A stretch of 64,000 nucleotides of DNA from Trichinella spiralis (taxonomy: Eukaryota), in NCBI RefSeq assembly GCF_000181795.1, contig NW_003526945.1, positions 3,031,144 to 3,095,143 on the forward strand, in the 5' to 3' direction. Under the pieces are notes generated by a model. The model made no database searches, was not told the DNA's origin, and worked only from the letters and a program-made list of their open reading frames with translations. The translations under genes and the position numbers were made by a program. Every line of letters starts with the position of its first letter. The first letter of the stretch is position 1. This document shows, in pieces, positions 1 to 13,600 of this stretch.

Positions 1-206
1 CTTTTACCTTCACCCTAGACACTACTTACCTTCACATGTGTACTTACCTTCACCCTAAACACTACTTACCTTCACACTACACACTACCTGCCTTCACCAA
101 TGCAGCACTCACCTTCACATTTATACTTACCTTCACACCTATTCTTACCTGACTTACCCCTAACTCTTTACCTATTTAACTTACCTATTTAGCTTCATAC
201 TTACCC
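1..206. repeat. Degenerate minisatellite, 18-22 bp units with core TACTTACCTTCAC; same family as 10440-10620
   Basis: Repeated units such as 'tacttaccttcaccctaaacac' and 'tacttaccttcacatgtg' from base 1, decaying into 'cttacc' units by ~206. Confidence 0.9.
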
Positions 207-896
207 ATAGCTTCCGTCTTTTTAGACTTGTTGTTATGTTGCCTTTAACTGACTCTCTGAATCCAGAACTAAAATGAATTCATACCGAAACTTAAATGAA
301 AAATCTTGAAAACACTAGTACCAAACAATAATAAAAAATTATAAAAAGCAAAATTATAAAAACCTGAAAAACTAGAACGACAAAATTTACACTTTACAAC
401 TTTCATAGTTTATAAAAGTAAAATGTACATACGTCACCAAACTGAGCGGCATTATAGTAGTGCTTTGTGATGACGTATTTATCAACGTGATTACGAATCT
501 TTGTAAAAAGACGACATGCTCAATAACGGATAGTTACCAAAGAATGCAGCAATTTCATTCATCTATATCTAAACTTGATTCTGAAAATATTTGCAAAACA
601 AGTGTGCTGAAAAGTAAAGCATGTTAAACAAAATTGATATAATACAGCCATATTATAAAAAATTAATTGAAGACAAATAACAGTGCATCGTTGTTCCTTA
701 ATTACTAAGTATACAAATTTGTAGAAAAACTACTTGCTAGTCATACAATTGTCCTTCAGGATGCAAGCATCTCAACAGTTACGGGCTGAAATTTTCAATT
801 ATACATTCTAAGCATGTGATAAGCAACACCGCAGTGTGAACACTATCACTCATCTATAAAAAACAAAATCTCTACTTACAAAATACTAAAACTTAC

Positions 897-1241
897 CTAC
901 TCACATAATACTCTAGTCTCTGTTGGCGAAACAAGCTCACAACCGTACGAAGGAACAAGCCTGGCTTGTTGCATTGTTTGCGTAATCCGCTGGCCTTCGG
1001 GTTGGACAAATGCCAACAAATTGGAAGCCTCCTTGTCGTCATTCGTCGTGGTGGTCACCTCTGGTTGCTGCTGCTGCTGCTGGTGGTGGTGTTTCGTTTG
1101 CTTAGTCTGGTAAGCTAGCAACGGGGTTGTCGTTCGTTGGGCACGGAGTGACAAATTCAGGGGTTTTTCATCGGCAACCGGTGTCGTTTCAGGCTGGGGG
1201 TTGGTGTCGGCATTGGGTCGTGGGGTGGAGCCATTATTTAA
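897..1241 (-). other. Orphan coding-like exon or gene fragment with polyQ/His tract and PLNLS (CtBP-type) motif
   Basis: GC-richer open frame: LNNGSTPRPNADTNPQPETTPVADEKPLNLSLRAQRTTTPLLAYQTKQTKHHHQQQQQQPEV...VLCE*. Donor-like GTGAGT (904-899) and GTAAGT (896-891) at its 3' end. No in-frame upstream ATG and no strong acceptor. Confidence 0.4.
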
Positions 1242-4200
1242 TTAAATCATACTCCTGTGATAAGCGAAGCCACACAGATTTCTAGACCAATACTGGGTAA
1301 CGCAATTAAGCCAACCTAAACTAACGCAAGAGTATGAACGAGCTCGAAGTTGATGATGTAATCCATTCCTACAATGGGCAAAATGTGTACTTATTTTTGT
1401 GATGGCACATTTAGAACGCATTGAGGTAAACGTGACATACCATGTTGGCAAGAGCAACAGGAATTCCAAAACGTTTCAATTATGTTGACGCACACTATTT
1501 AATTCGATAACAAGAAGCAAACACGATCAGATATAAGTAGAATTAGAAGACATTAATAATAGTAACAGATTATAGATACTCAATTACTTACAAATTTTTG
1601 TACATCTTTTCAATCCATTCAAGGAAACCTGAACCACCATTAGAGAAAGATATTCAAGTTCAAAGAAATAGTTCCACTGCACTGACACAACCCATTGCTA
1701 TAGCAAAGTGCATAAAATTCATTCTTACTGTGACGATGAAGAAAACCAGAAAGCGGAACTGTTGAGACACATGACTGATCACGGTACAAACATGAACAGA
1801 GCAATAGTCAAACTAAAAAATACATACTAAATAACACAGCAAAATAAAACATTGGATTACAAAATTAATGAAATTCAAATATCATCTTGATGCACTGTTA
1901 TTTGGCTTCAATCACTTTTTATAATATGGCTGTTTCTCATAAGTATCATTTCAACCGCTATCCTGAGTTCATATAAAGCGCACGCAACGTAATATATAGA
2001 ACAGAAATAAATATAGTTGCATTACGTCCCTGATGATATACCAATGAAGACAATTCAGCAAAAAATAAAGAAAGTTGAAATGATTTAATAATTAGTGTAA
2101 TATAAGCAGAATATTTTTTACCTACACTCTTTCCAGATATTGCGTTGTATTATCTTGTACATCTAAAAAGCTATATTTCTAATGTAAAATTCAAATTTCA
2201 AATTTACCTAAATCAAAGACAACCAATCTACAATATTACTTACATTACGTTGCACGTACGAATATAACAACAGACGTGCTGCTGATGGCGTTGTTAACTC
2301 ACAATCTAAATATCTCACAAATAATCACTTTGCGCAGCTGCTTGTTGGCCATCATTTTTATTGAAATTTCACGGGAATAAACAAGATTGCAAATCAACAG
2401 CAGATGAAAATACTTATGACGTATAGTGGCATCATCTTTTCATGATAGGATTTTTTATATTCATTAATATGAAAATAAAATAATGTAAATTCTAAAAGTG
2501 AAATATATTAATGCAGCCATCTATAAATAAAAAACAGAAATAGATACTTCTTCGTCTTCAGCATCTGATGTATCTAAAACTTAGCAATAATAACACTAGA
2601 AAGACACCCGCCAGTTTCCATTCACCACATATGTAAAGTAACATGCATAGCATGCCACCACCAAAATATCAAATCCAACTTACCAGTTATTCATGGATGG
2701 TGTTGAAGAGCGGAATTATAGTTGACCACGTGCTAGATTGATAGCATTGCAGTGAACTGCATAACCTAATAAAATCGATGTGCTTGGTCAATTGTATAAT
2801 AAGAAAATTATGCAAATGACTATTTACTTTGCTTCAGGAAGAATAACCTAAATTTCCATCACTAATAGCGCAGTAAAATAAACATTATAAGCAACATTAT
2901 GAAACGAGACGATGAAATTTATTACGTTTCTATTTACACACTTCATATTACTACGTAATATGGCATTGTTATGCAAAATATTTTCCCTAAAATTACCTAA
3001 AACGAAATATTATTAACCTGAAGCATCGCAAATTACTAAAAATAAACGGAAATGCTATCACTGTGAATTTATGCATGTTGTGTAAATTTAGTTGCTTGAA
3101 AGTACAAGGTGATTCAATAATTTATATTTTATCAATGTTTTTCATCTAATCAAAATTATATGGATAATAAAAAATAGCTTCCACTGAAAATAGTTTCGAA
3201 AATAAAATACGTTTTCAGATTTATGGAAAATTAAACAGTTGTCATGAAATTTTATGATGATAACTGCGACAGAAATTTTATAATATACAATTCATCTCAG
3301 CACAGAATTTAACAAGTGCGCAGCGTAGATATCATGATGGTAAGCAGCTACACCAGTGGGTATGCCACTTGACAGCTTATTTACTATTGAAATTTTGTTT
3401 TAACTAAACTTTTGTTTACACCTTATGATGATTTATAGTAAGACTGCAAACTTGATGGAGAACTGCATCAGCGCGCCACATACAATATGAGATAAACCTA
3501 CTAGCAGAAATTAAGTAACTCAACGATTTGCAATGAATTCAAGAAACTTATGCGGGTGACAATTCTGTATTGCATTTCATGAAAAGAATAAAACAAAAGA
3601 ATCAGGATTAGCCTGGATTTGGTTATATTGCTAGTCGACAGCAATTATGAGAAATTAAATTTATATGAGATAAAAACAGCAAAGTGCTGTTCATTCAATT
3701 CGAAATAGGGGGGGGGGGAAGAATTTTCAGTTTAATGCGATCTCTGTTCAGCTCAGTATTATTACGAGCTCAATGATGGGGATCTTTAGAAAGGAAAGAA
3801 GGGCGGGACAGCATAGCAGGAAGGAATGAGTAAGAAGTTGAAGGATGGATGAGGTGGAAGTTGTCATATGCGTTCTTCCACCCAATCGTCACGTATAATA
3901 TTCAGGCGTTGTTTCATTTATCAATACTACCAAAATTGATGGGCATTGAGTTATTTTCTCAATGACAGAAAATAGGTGCATCTGTATAAGTCAGTGCCAC
4001 TGGCGGTACAATAATATAATAGAAACTTTAAGGAGTCATTTCAAAAATGAAGGGAACGTTACTGCCATTCTGAAAGTATGAAAGGTGGTAGTATAAAAGT
4101 GTGTTCTCTAGCTAACAGCACCTTTCCTATATCATGCTGAAACAATCTTGTGCACGATTTGAGCATTGACAAGCATTTAGGGGTGTGTTTGTGCGACTGC

Positions 4201-7200
4201 AGTATCCCGGTGACGGACATTTCCTTTCAACAACTGGGCAAATATGTTACCTTAGCAATAAACATTGCAGTGGACAGTACAGATAATGCGGGAGGGGTTC
4301 AACTGCTATATCAGAGTGCTACTTCACAAATGGATTTGTAAGGACTATTAAAAATTAGAGCAAAATATACCATTAGTACTATTATACATTTTCTTGTCCG
4401 TAATAAAGTCTCAGATATTAGTTGAACATCATTACTGAAGAACAACGCGCTAGTTTCCATTCAAAAAGACTAAAATTAAGCATCTGGGAAAAGCTTTAAA
4501 AGCGCGCATGTTTAATGCAGTGTGCCAAGAAAAAGAAAGAAAACATTGTATGAAACAATAGCAAATATATGAAAATTCATACCTGTCAGCAAACCTATCA
4601 GGGATGACGTATAAGGCAAACGTACAGTCATACATTTTGTAACAGATGTAAGTGGTTTCTTCATATTTTTAGTCTAACAATCACAACGTATTTGTTGAAC
4701 TGAACAATGAAAATGACCGAATAACGCAATGCAGTAAGTAAGTAGACCGCCATTCAGCAGCGAACATTTATACTATAGTGCACTTCTCTCAATAAACAGA
4801 AATTTATATAGGGAACATTGCTACCGCATTTGCATAGCACAAAGTGCACGTAGCAGAATGCCAACGGCAGTGTTTACCATCACATTTGCATAAAGTTACT
4901 CTTCTGACCTAGAAATGCATGTATGCTTTGAAAACGTATAATAACAATGTAATGAGTCAACACCAAAGATTATAGTAATAGCTGAACAACAACAAAATCC
5001 TCAATACGTTACAGATGAAAGTCTCTGTATATCACAAATAATATTATGGCGTAAATTAAAGAAGTATAAAATAGTGTTTTACGTAAATGAGGCTGTACAA
5101 GCACGATGATAAAACTTTGCAGTGTTCAGCAAAATTCATTCATTAATTTAAAAGAACTGATTGTTTAATGAACATTTCAATCAAACTTTGATCAACCACT
5201 TTGAAAAGATAAGGAATGAATGCAAAAAAATAGAAGATTGGCAAAACATAACATTTACTGAAAACGCAAAAATAATGAATTGATAATTTAATGTAATGCA
5301 CATGCTGAGTTGAAGTACTAAAAATTGTGTATCACGGTTGTCATTTTAAAAGAGTGTCAAACCGGCAACATTGTTATCTTATATGCAACGACAAAATAGA
5401 GAAGCTAATTATTAAAAATTTATACATTTTACCCCCTCAAACTTTACATCCTGCACTAATGCACATTCATTTACTGATTTTAATGAAACATATTCTGCAA
5501 CCGTTTGAGAAAACATCATCAATTTTTCAAAAATAGCAAAAGTTATTGCAACTGAAAATTCAGATATCGAAGAAGGATCATTTTTACTTGACTTCACTTG
5601 ACTGAATTAAATTTAATAAACATGTTGAGACCTGACGGTACAATTCCTCCTAGTGAATTCGTCATAAAAGTGATGTTGGTGAATTGGGTTGTAAGTGCTG
5701 ATTTCTACCTCCTAGCTTTATACTTATTGCCAGTGTACATGAATTACAACATCAACGTACGGTAAAATATGAGCAGCTTGCCGTCTCTACTGACAATGTC
5801 ATGAAAGTGCTTATATTTTTATATTTTATTTTCAGCAATAATTCGTTTATAATATATTTATTTTCCTTTTGAAAAGTTTAATACTTTAATACACTGCTGC
5901 TAAACGTAATCATGAAATTTATCACAAAATATATGTCTTCTTGATAAAACATAATCTAGTTATGTCAGGCTATTATAGATTCAGTATCTACTTTCAGCAA
6001 TATTATGATGTTAATCAATTTAAAAATGTAACTTAAAAATAATTACCTTTTCATCATTTGGAAAAACTATTCTGAAGAGTTGTGCAACGTGATTTACCAT
6101 TTTGAATAAAAATGATGAAGCTTGTCAGACGTCCTTTGAGAACGTCTTCCATTCCAATGTTGCTGGAAACCATCCACCTATAAATATTTCAAGTCAACCT
6201 TACAAGATGATCCAATTCATGAATTTTCGTAGAATCAAAGTATACGCAACATGCACATCGATGAGTTATACATTATGATTAATATTTCGTTTTCTTTTCG
6301 CAAATAAAAATTTGCATGAAACATGTGCTTAACACGTTGTGCGAATAATGTTTGTCATGCTCAGTAAACAATCTCCGCGACCGTTGATGCAAAATCACAC
6401 AAACAACAAGATATGAGATAGAACTTTCCAATATTAACGATAATATAGCTTCGCACATCTAGAGGCCATTGTATAGCCGAAATTAAATAAATTAAATAAA
6501 ATTATAGTTTAAGTGTTAAAGCGAAAGTTTGGTCAAATTATTTCATCTCTGTTAGGCGCGTCTCGTTAACATGCAAATTTTCGTGCGTTCATTGCCTTGC
6601 CGTTTGTTTGCTTATCAAGTATAGCTCGTCACAAGAGTCGGCTTCTAATATATTTAAAAAACCATTTCATATGCTTATTTTTCAGCAAACCAATGATATC
6701 TAGTAATGGGGGTGAGTAAACATCTCAAACGATTGAGGAAAATACCATGGATGGGGACATGCAGTTGTGATCATTTCTTAATTTATTTTCTATTATTACA
6801 ATTTAATAAAACTGTGATCGCAAACTCACAGTCAAGCGCACTCTCACATATGAGATTCAGATATAGTTGTTACGGAAAATCATTTCAAAGAACGTCACGT
6901 TTGATATGAATCAATTGCGATAACTTTAGAGGCAACTGATGCCACAACTACTGGGCGGAGTGAGTTGTAAGTATCCATAACAATGCCATTTCTTACTGTC
7001 AACATCTATCGCTCACAAAGTTGAAATTTGTACAGAATATGTTTAACTATTTATTGCAAAACAGCGAAGGCAGAGAAATGGGATAAAAGTGGGAAGGAAA
7101 AGAAGAGAAATAAAACATAGGGAGTAAATAAGTACGCAAGGAAAATGATTTTGTGTAGCTTTATGGCAAATGTTTAAATAATAGAGCAAAGAGAAGTATC

Positions 7201-9096
7201 CCCTTCAAATAAAATTTGCTCCTGATTTTTCTTTATCGCTGACAAGATCCTAAAACCTACTAGGCAGTTTCCAGAGAAATTCTCCAAAATACTGCCTTTT
7301 ATTAATATAAAACTATAACAATGAAATCAGTGCAAATTTGGAAATCAAATTATTCGGCAATTTCCGCAAAAACAACCAAGTCTATAGCGTATGAAATTTT
7401 GAAATTTTCGAGAAAAACGTTGTCTTCCAAAAATACACGTTAATGGAATCAGTCGATCAAAACGATTAGCGGAGTACAACAAACGTATCTTCCTGTTGCC
7501 GGTTGGGCAGTTCTCGACATATCCTTAAAGGACTGGAAACTTAGCTACGCAATATGGAAAATTTTGAAGCCATTTATCCCACATCTACTACGTAGTGGGG
7601 TTGATACTCGAGAAAGCACTATTATTTATCAATATGAAAGCACAACAATCAAAAAAAGTCCAAATTTTGAAAATAAATTTTTAGCCGATTCTCGCAAAAA
7701 CAACCAAGTCTATAGCACATGAAATTTTGCAATTTTCGAGGAAACTTTTTTACACCTTATGGCAATTGATTAACTATTAAATTATTAGCTTAATTATGAA
7801 AATTAGAATTATTGGCTAAATAATACAAACTTATGCTGCCGGGTCCTGATTGCGTATTTCTTGAGATACACCAAAAAAAGTGAAACTTATCTAAGATTTC
7901 AACGAAATCGAAATAAAAAGAAATAAAAATGGAAGTCTAATAAATCATATGGAACGGTTTTATTAAATTTCACAACAAAAATATGAATGTTTTCACCCGA
8001 AAAAAAGAAATTATTTTAATAAGAATTGTTCCTGATTTTCACTTATGTAACAGGAACCTTAAAAATTTTTAAATCTTTATTCACGGTATTTTTTGATTTA
8101 TTACAATTCAGAGAAAAGAATTCAATTACAATTCGAAAATTATCACATTAGAAAGCTATTTTCGTGCAATCTAAGAGTCTTTTTATTCCATAAATGTCAA
8201 ATGCTCAAACCGTCAGGTTTATCAAAAAATATGCGGGTTATTGAAAATTCACGTGCTTTTAATTGGCACAAAATTGATTGCACTTATCAATAAATTATTT
8301 TACAATACGGCAGAGTTTTTGACAACCATGGAATCGGATTAACTGCACATACTACCGGATACCTATAAAGATTCGAAGAACTACCATGCATGTGCCCAAT
8401 AGTTTGACATGAATTGTGAATTTATTTCATTTTCTAGCGTTCGCAATGAATATTCACCTTTGGGGACTACATATTGTACTGATTTTTCAAATCACTAATG
8501 CATCGTTGTTAAGTTGTGAATTCAAATTCAAATAAGCACGCATTTGATATCATTCAGAAATTAAATACATGAGAAAGATGGTAATGGGAATCACATTCCT
8601 TGAAATGTATGCTTTTTAGCAAAGTAAAGACTTACGGCGCATAGCCTTTGATTCAGACCAATTAATAATTATTTCACAATAATAATTTCAGAAATTCAAT
8701 TTAATTGATAGTAAAAAACAGGAAATTATTAGAATTGTAAAAGACTTGACGCCAGAAATGCTTCATGCACAGAAACTGGAAGTCCCTTCTTCCGTTGGAA
8801 GAGAATTACTGATGGGCGAATTAATCATGCATTCGAAATGGACCGAAAATGAAGGAAAATCGACTTGCTCACTGAAACTAAATAGAGCAAAACACTTGGC
8901 AGATTCTATTACCACCTCATTATAATGCCGCAAAACTTTCCGATACCAAAATGCAGCCATCGTCTATCCGCTTAAACGGATTTCCAGATGGTGCTGCCCC
9001 CCTGAGTATTAAGATAAATCACATGGCTAACTTCCTACGCCATGTATTCCACACTTACGCGGGATTTTTTGCCATGGAACTTTTCCATAACCCATT

Positions 9097-9927
9097 NNNN
9101 NNNNNNNNNNNNNNNNNNNNNNNNNNNNNNNNNNNNNNNNNNNNNNNNNNNNNNNNNNNNNNNNNNNNNNNNNNNNNNNNNNNNNNNNNNNNNNNNNNNN
9201 NNNNNNNNNNNNNNNNNNNNNNNNNNNNNNNNNNNNNNNNNNNNNNNNNNNNNNNNNNNNNNNNNNNNNNNNNNNNNNNNNNNNNNNNNNNNNNNNNNNN
9301 NNNNNNNNNNNNNNNNNNNNNNNNNNNNNNNNNNNNNNNNNNNNNNNNNNNNNNNNNNNNNNNNNNNNNNNNNNNNNNNNNNNNNNNNNNNNNNNNNNNN
9401 NNNNNNNNNNNNNNNNNNNNNNNNNNNNNNNNNNNNNNNNNNNNNNNNNNNNNNNNNNNNNNNNNNNNNNNNNNNNNNNNNNNNNNNNNNNNNNNNNNNN
9501 NNNNNNNNNNNNNNNNNNNNNNNNNNNNNNNNNNNNNNNNNNNNNNNNNNNNNNNNNNNNNNNNNNNNNNNNNNNNNNNNNNNNNNNNNNNNNNNNNNNN
9601 NNNNNNNNNNNNNNNNNNNNNNNNNNNNNNNNNNNNNNNNNNNNNNNNNNNNNNNNNNNNNNNNNNNNNNNNNNNNNNNNNNNNNNNNNNNNNNNNNNNN
9701 NNNNNNNNNNNNNNNNNNNNNNNNNNNNNNNNNNNNNNNNNNNNNNNNNNNNNNNNNNNNNNNNNNNNNNNNNNNNNNNNNNNNNNNNNNNNNNNNNNNN
9801 NNNNNNNNNNNNNNNNNNNNNNNNNNNNNNNNNNNNNNNNNNNNNNNNNNNNNNNNNNNNNNNNNNNNNNNNNNNNNNNNNNNNNNNNNNNNNNNNNNNN
9901 NNNNNNNNNNNNNNNNNNNNNNNNNNN
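9097..9927. other. Assembly gap (N run)
   Basis: 831 Ns. ORFs spanning it are artefacts. Confidence 1.
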
Positions 9928-10084
9928 CAATTATATCACTTTTCCTCCCTTTAGTACATTTTTTTGAAGCTAATTTTTGTGCTGGATACTATCCGTAAAT
10001 AAGCTCACCTTCAATTTCCCTGTATCATAAGCATTCATAAAAGCATCAGTGGATAAATGCTGAACTGTTTGTTTTTGATGTGAT

Positions 10085-10430
10085 TTTGTGAGGCATAGCA
10101 GCAGGCGCAGCCAGAGGGCAAATCAAATTTGCATATTACCAAGAGGCAATTAAAAATTCGCATAAAAGCCCCCTTAGGGCAAATATTGTGCTATAAATTG
10201 CCTGGGGGATAGCCTTAGGGCATATGCAAATTTTTATTTGCCCTGGGGCGTAGCCTGAGGGTAAAGCCTGGGGCTATATTTTAAAAAATTCGAAATTTTC
10301 GAAATTTTGCCTGAGGCATAGCCCCAGGCGTAGCCTGAAGTCAAATAAAAATTTGCATATTACCCATAGGCGATTAAAAATTTGCATATCCCATTAAATA
10401 GCTTTGATTGCCTCAGGCTTTTCAAAATTT
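10085..10430. repeat. GC-richer block of direct and inverted repeats (GCCTGAGGC/GCCCCAGGC and ATTTGCATA modules), probably part of a non-autonomous DNA element
   Basis: 10088-10164 resembles 10310-10388 as a direct repeat. 'atatgcaaatttttatttgccct' (~10222-10244) is the approximate reverse complement of the 'agggcaaatcaaatttgcatat' / 'aagtcaaataaaaatttgcatat' module. Confidence 0.7.
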
Positions 10431-10439
10431 GCCATCCAC

Positions 10440-10620
10440 CCTTTGCACTACTTGCCTATGCACTTCTACTTACCTTCACCCTAGACACTACCTACCTTCA
10501 CACGTATACCTACCTTCACACGTATACCTACCTTCACACGTATAACCTACCTTCACACGTATACTTACCTTCACCCTAGAACTCTACTTTACCTTCACAC
10601 GTATACTTATCTTCACCCTA
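10440..10620. repeat. Minisatellite, 18 bp unit CCTACCTTCACACGTATA and variants; runs into a 10-N gap (10621-10630)
   Basis: Three exact tandem 18-mers from 10491, flanked by variant units that match those at 1-206. Confidence 0.92.
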
Positions 10621-13600
10621 NNNNNNNNNNGTTCTAACATGACAACCACTGTTTCATCGGTGCTTCTGAGGAAGCATCATAAAGAGATAAGAGTTATCCG
10701 AAATTGTCCGATTAGAAAGCTATTTTCGTGCAATATGCCAGTGTTTTATTCTATAAATTTCAAATGCTCAAACCAGCAACTTTATCAAATTTCTCAAAAA
10801 ATCATCGATTGCGGGTTACTGAAAATTTACACACCTATAATTGGCACACAATTGCTTGCACTGATCATAAAAGTATTTTACAATATGCCGTAGTTAGTGA
10901 GAAGCATGGAATAAGTTTCACCGTACAAACTGGTGGATACCTCTACAGATTCGAATAAATACCATGCATGAGACCAATAGTTTGAAATGAATTGTGAATT
11001 AATTTAATTTCATAGCATTTGTATTGACGGTTCACCCTTGGCGACTAAACATTATACTAATTATGCAAATCACCATTGCATCGTTGTCACTTTACGTAAG
11101 TAAATGCAAATAGCCACATATTTGGTATTAATTAGAAGCTTAATACATGAAAAAGATGGTAATGGGGACCACATTACATTAAATGTTTGCTTTTTAGCAA
11201 AGTAAACAAGTACAACACTTTCGTTTGGATTCGCAGGAAATAATGATTATATAACAGCAAAATTTCAGAAATTCAGTTCAGTTGATCCTAAATAAAAGAT
11301 ACATTAGTGGACATCTAACAGATTCTATGTCAGAAATGTTTCATGTGCAAAAATTGGCAATTTCTGCTTCCGTTGAAGGAGAGGTCCGGATGTATGATTT
11401 CCCTACTTATTAAGATATCGATAATGCCTGAATTTAAGAGCCTATTTATTCCACAACTACCCGGCAGTTTATGGTCAAAATCTCCAAAAAATATTTTTTC
11501 TATCAATATAAAGCTATAACAATGAAAAAAAGTGAAAATTTTCAAAAGAAATTTTTCGCTGATTTTCGCGAAAACAACCAAGTCTATAGTCCATGAAATT
11601 TTTCAATTTTCGAGAAAAATTTTTTTCAACAAAAATTAAACCAATTGATTTTTATCGGTACAGAATTTTTCACTAACTATTATACACATATCTGAACGGC
11701 TGGCGATTGCGTAATTCTTGAGAAATACACAAAAAAGTGAAACTTAATATAGGATTTTAACGAATCCGAAATAAAAAGGAATGAAAAAGAAAAGTGAAGT
11801 AAATGTGCATATGGTATGGTTTCATTAATTTTTATAACGGATCTATCAATTTTTTCACCTAAAAAATGGAATTCATTTTATCAGGAATTGTCCCTGATTT
11901 TCATTTATATATCAAAAATTTTTAAATTAAAAACCTTTGTTCAGAGAATTTTTTGATTGATGGCAATTTAGAGATAAGAATTGTCCACAATTATTACATT
12001 TGGAAGTTATTTTCGTGCAATATGCCAGTCTGTTTATTCTAAAAATGCCAACTGCTCGAATCGGCAACTTTATGAAATTTTTCAAAAAATGATCGATTTC
12101 GGGTTTATCATAATTTACATACGTTTAAATGGCACAGAATTGCTTGCAATAATCGTATAATTATATTGCAATTTGCCATAGTTTCTGAGAAACTTGGAAT
12201 AATGTCCACTGTACATACTGGTGGATTCCTTTAAAGTTTCGAACAAATACCATGCATGAGCCCAATAATTTGACATAAATTGTGAATTTATTTAATTTTA
12301 TAGCATTTGTAATGAATTTCAACTCTGGGCGACTACATATTATACTAATTATGCAAATGGAAATTGCATGGTTGTTACTTTGCGAAATTAATTTCAAATA
12401 GTCACACATGTGAGATATATCAGGATCTTAATAAATGACAAAGATGGTAAACGGGATTGGATGCGACAAAATGTTTACTTTTTAGCAAAGTAAACAATTA
12501 TAATGCTTTTGTTTTGATTCGCAGCAACTGATGATTACTTAACAGCAGTAATTTCAGAAATTCATTACAATTGATCGTAAAAAACACAATAAATTAGTAG
12601 AAGTCTAATAACTTCGATATCAAAAATGTTTCATGTGTAGAAACTGGCAGTCTCTGCTTCGGTTGAAAGAGATTTACTGATGGGCGACTTCCCTATGTAT
12701 CACAGCAGGCAGTATCTCAACTTTAGAGCTCATTTATTATACAACTACCAGGCATTTTAAGGTCAAACTCTCCAAAAAAATATTTTTTTATCAATATAAA
12801 GCTATAACAATGAACAAATTTTGAAAACAAATTTTTTACCGATTTTCGCAAAAACAACCAAGTCTATAGTCCATGAAATTTTGCAATTTTCGAGAAAAAT
12901 TTATTTCTCCGAAAATTAAGGCAATTAATTTATATAGGTAGAGAATTATCCTCTAACTACTATAAAATTATCCGGAATGCTCCTGATTGCGTATTTCTTG
13001 AGATATACCCAAAAAAGTGAAAATAAAAATATGATTTTAAAGAAGTCGAAATAAAATGGAATGAAAAACAAAAGTTGAATAAATGTGCATATGGAATGGT
13101 ATCTTTAATTTTTACAACAAATCTATCAATGTTTTCACCCGAAAAAAAATTTTATTTTAATATTAATAGTTTTTGATTTTCATTTAAGCTGCAGGAACTT
13201 TAAAAATTAACAACCTTTGTTCACTGAATACATTTGATTAATTACAATGAACAGATAAGAATTATCCAAAATTATCCGATTAGAAAGCTATTTTTGTGCA
13301 ATATGCCAGTCTTTTATTCTACAAATTTCAACTGCTCAAATCGGCAAATTTATCGAATTCCTGAAAAAATCAACGATTGCGGGATATTGAAAATTTACAT
13401 ACCTATAATTGGCACGCAACTGCAAGCAATATTCATAAAATTATTTTACAATATGCCGTAGTTAGTGAGAAGCATGGAATAAGTTTCACCGTACAAACTG
13501 GTGGATACCTCTACAGATTCGAATAAATACTATGCACGAGCCCAATAGTTTGAAATGAATTGTAAATTTTGTTTCATAGCATTTGTAATAAACGTTCACC

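Noticed and set aside
8951..9998. Long ORFs of 291-338 aa in the ORF track
   Set aside because: They consist almost entirely of the N gap.
10285..10310. Possible heat-shock element array (TTCGAAATTTTCGAA)
   Set aside because: The GAA-to-TTC spacing does not fit alternating nGAAn pentamers.
10440..10620. CRISPR-like or let-7-like (CTACCTTC) repeats
   Set aside because: Units are contiguous with no unique spacers, the context is eukaryotic, they are not perfect let-7 seeds, and there is no evidence of a transcript. Treated as a minisatellite.
11900..12000. Kinase-like peptide IKNLCSENFLIDGNLEIRIV in one repeat copy
   Set aside because: No HRD, DFG or glycine-rich loop, and the frame is not maintained in the other copies.
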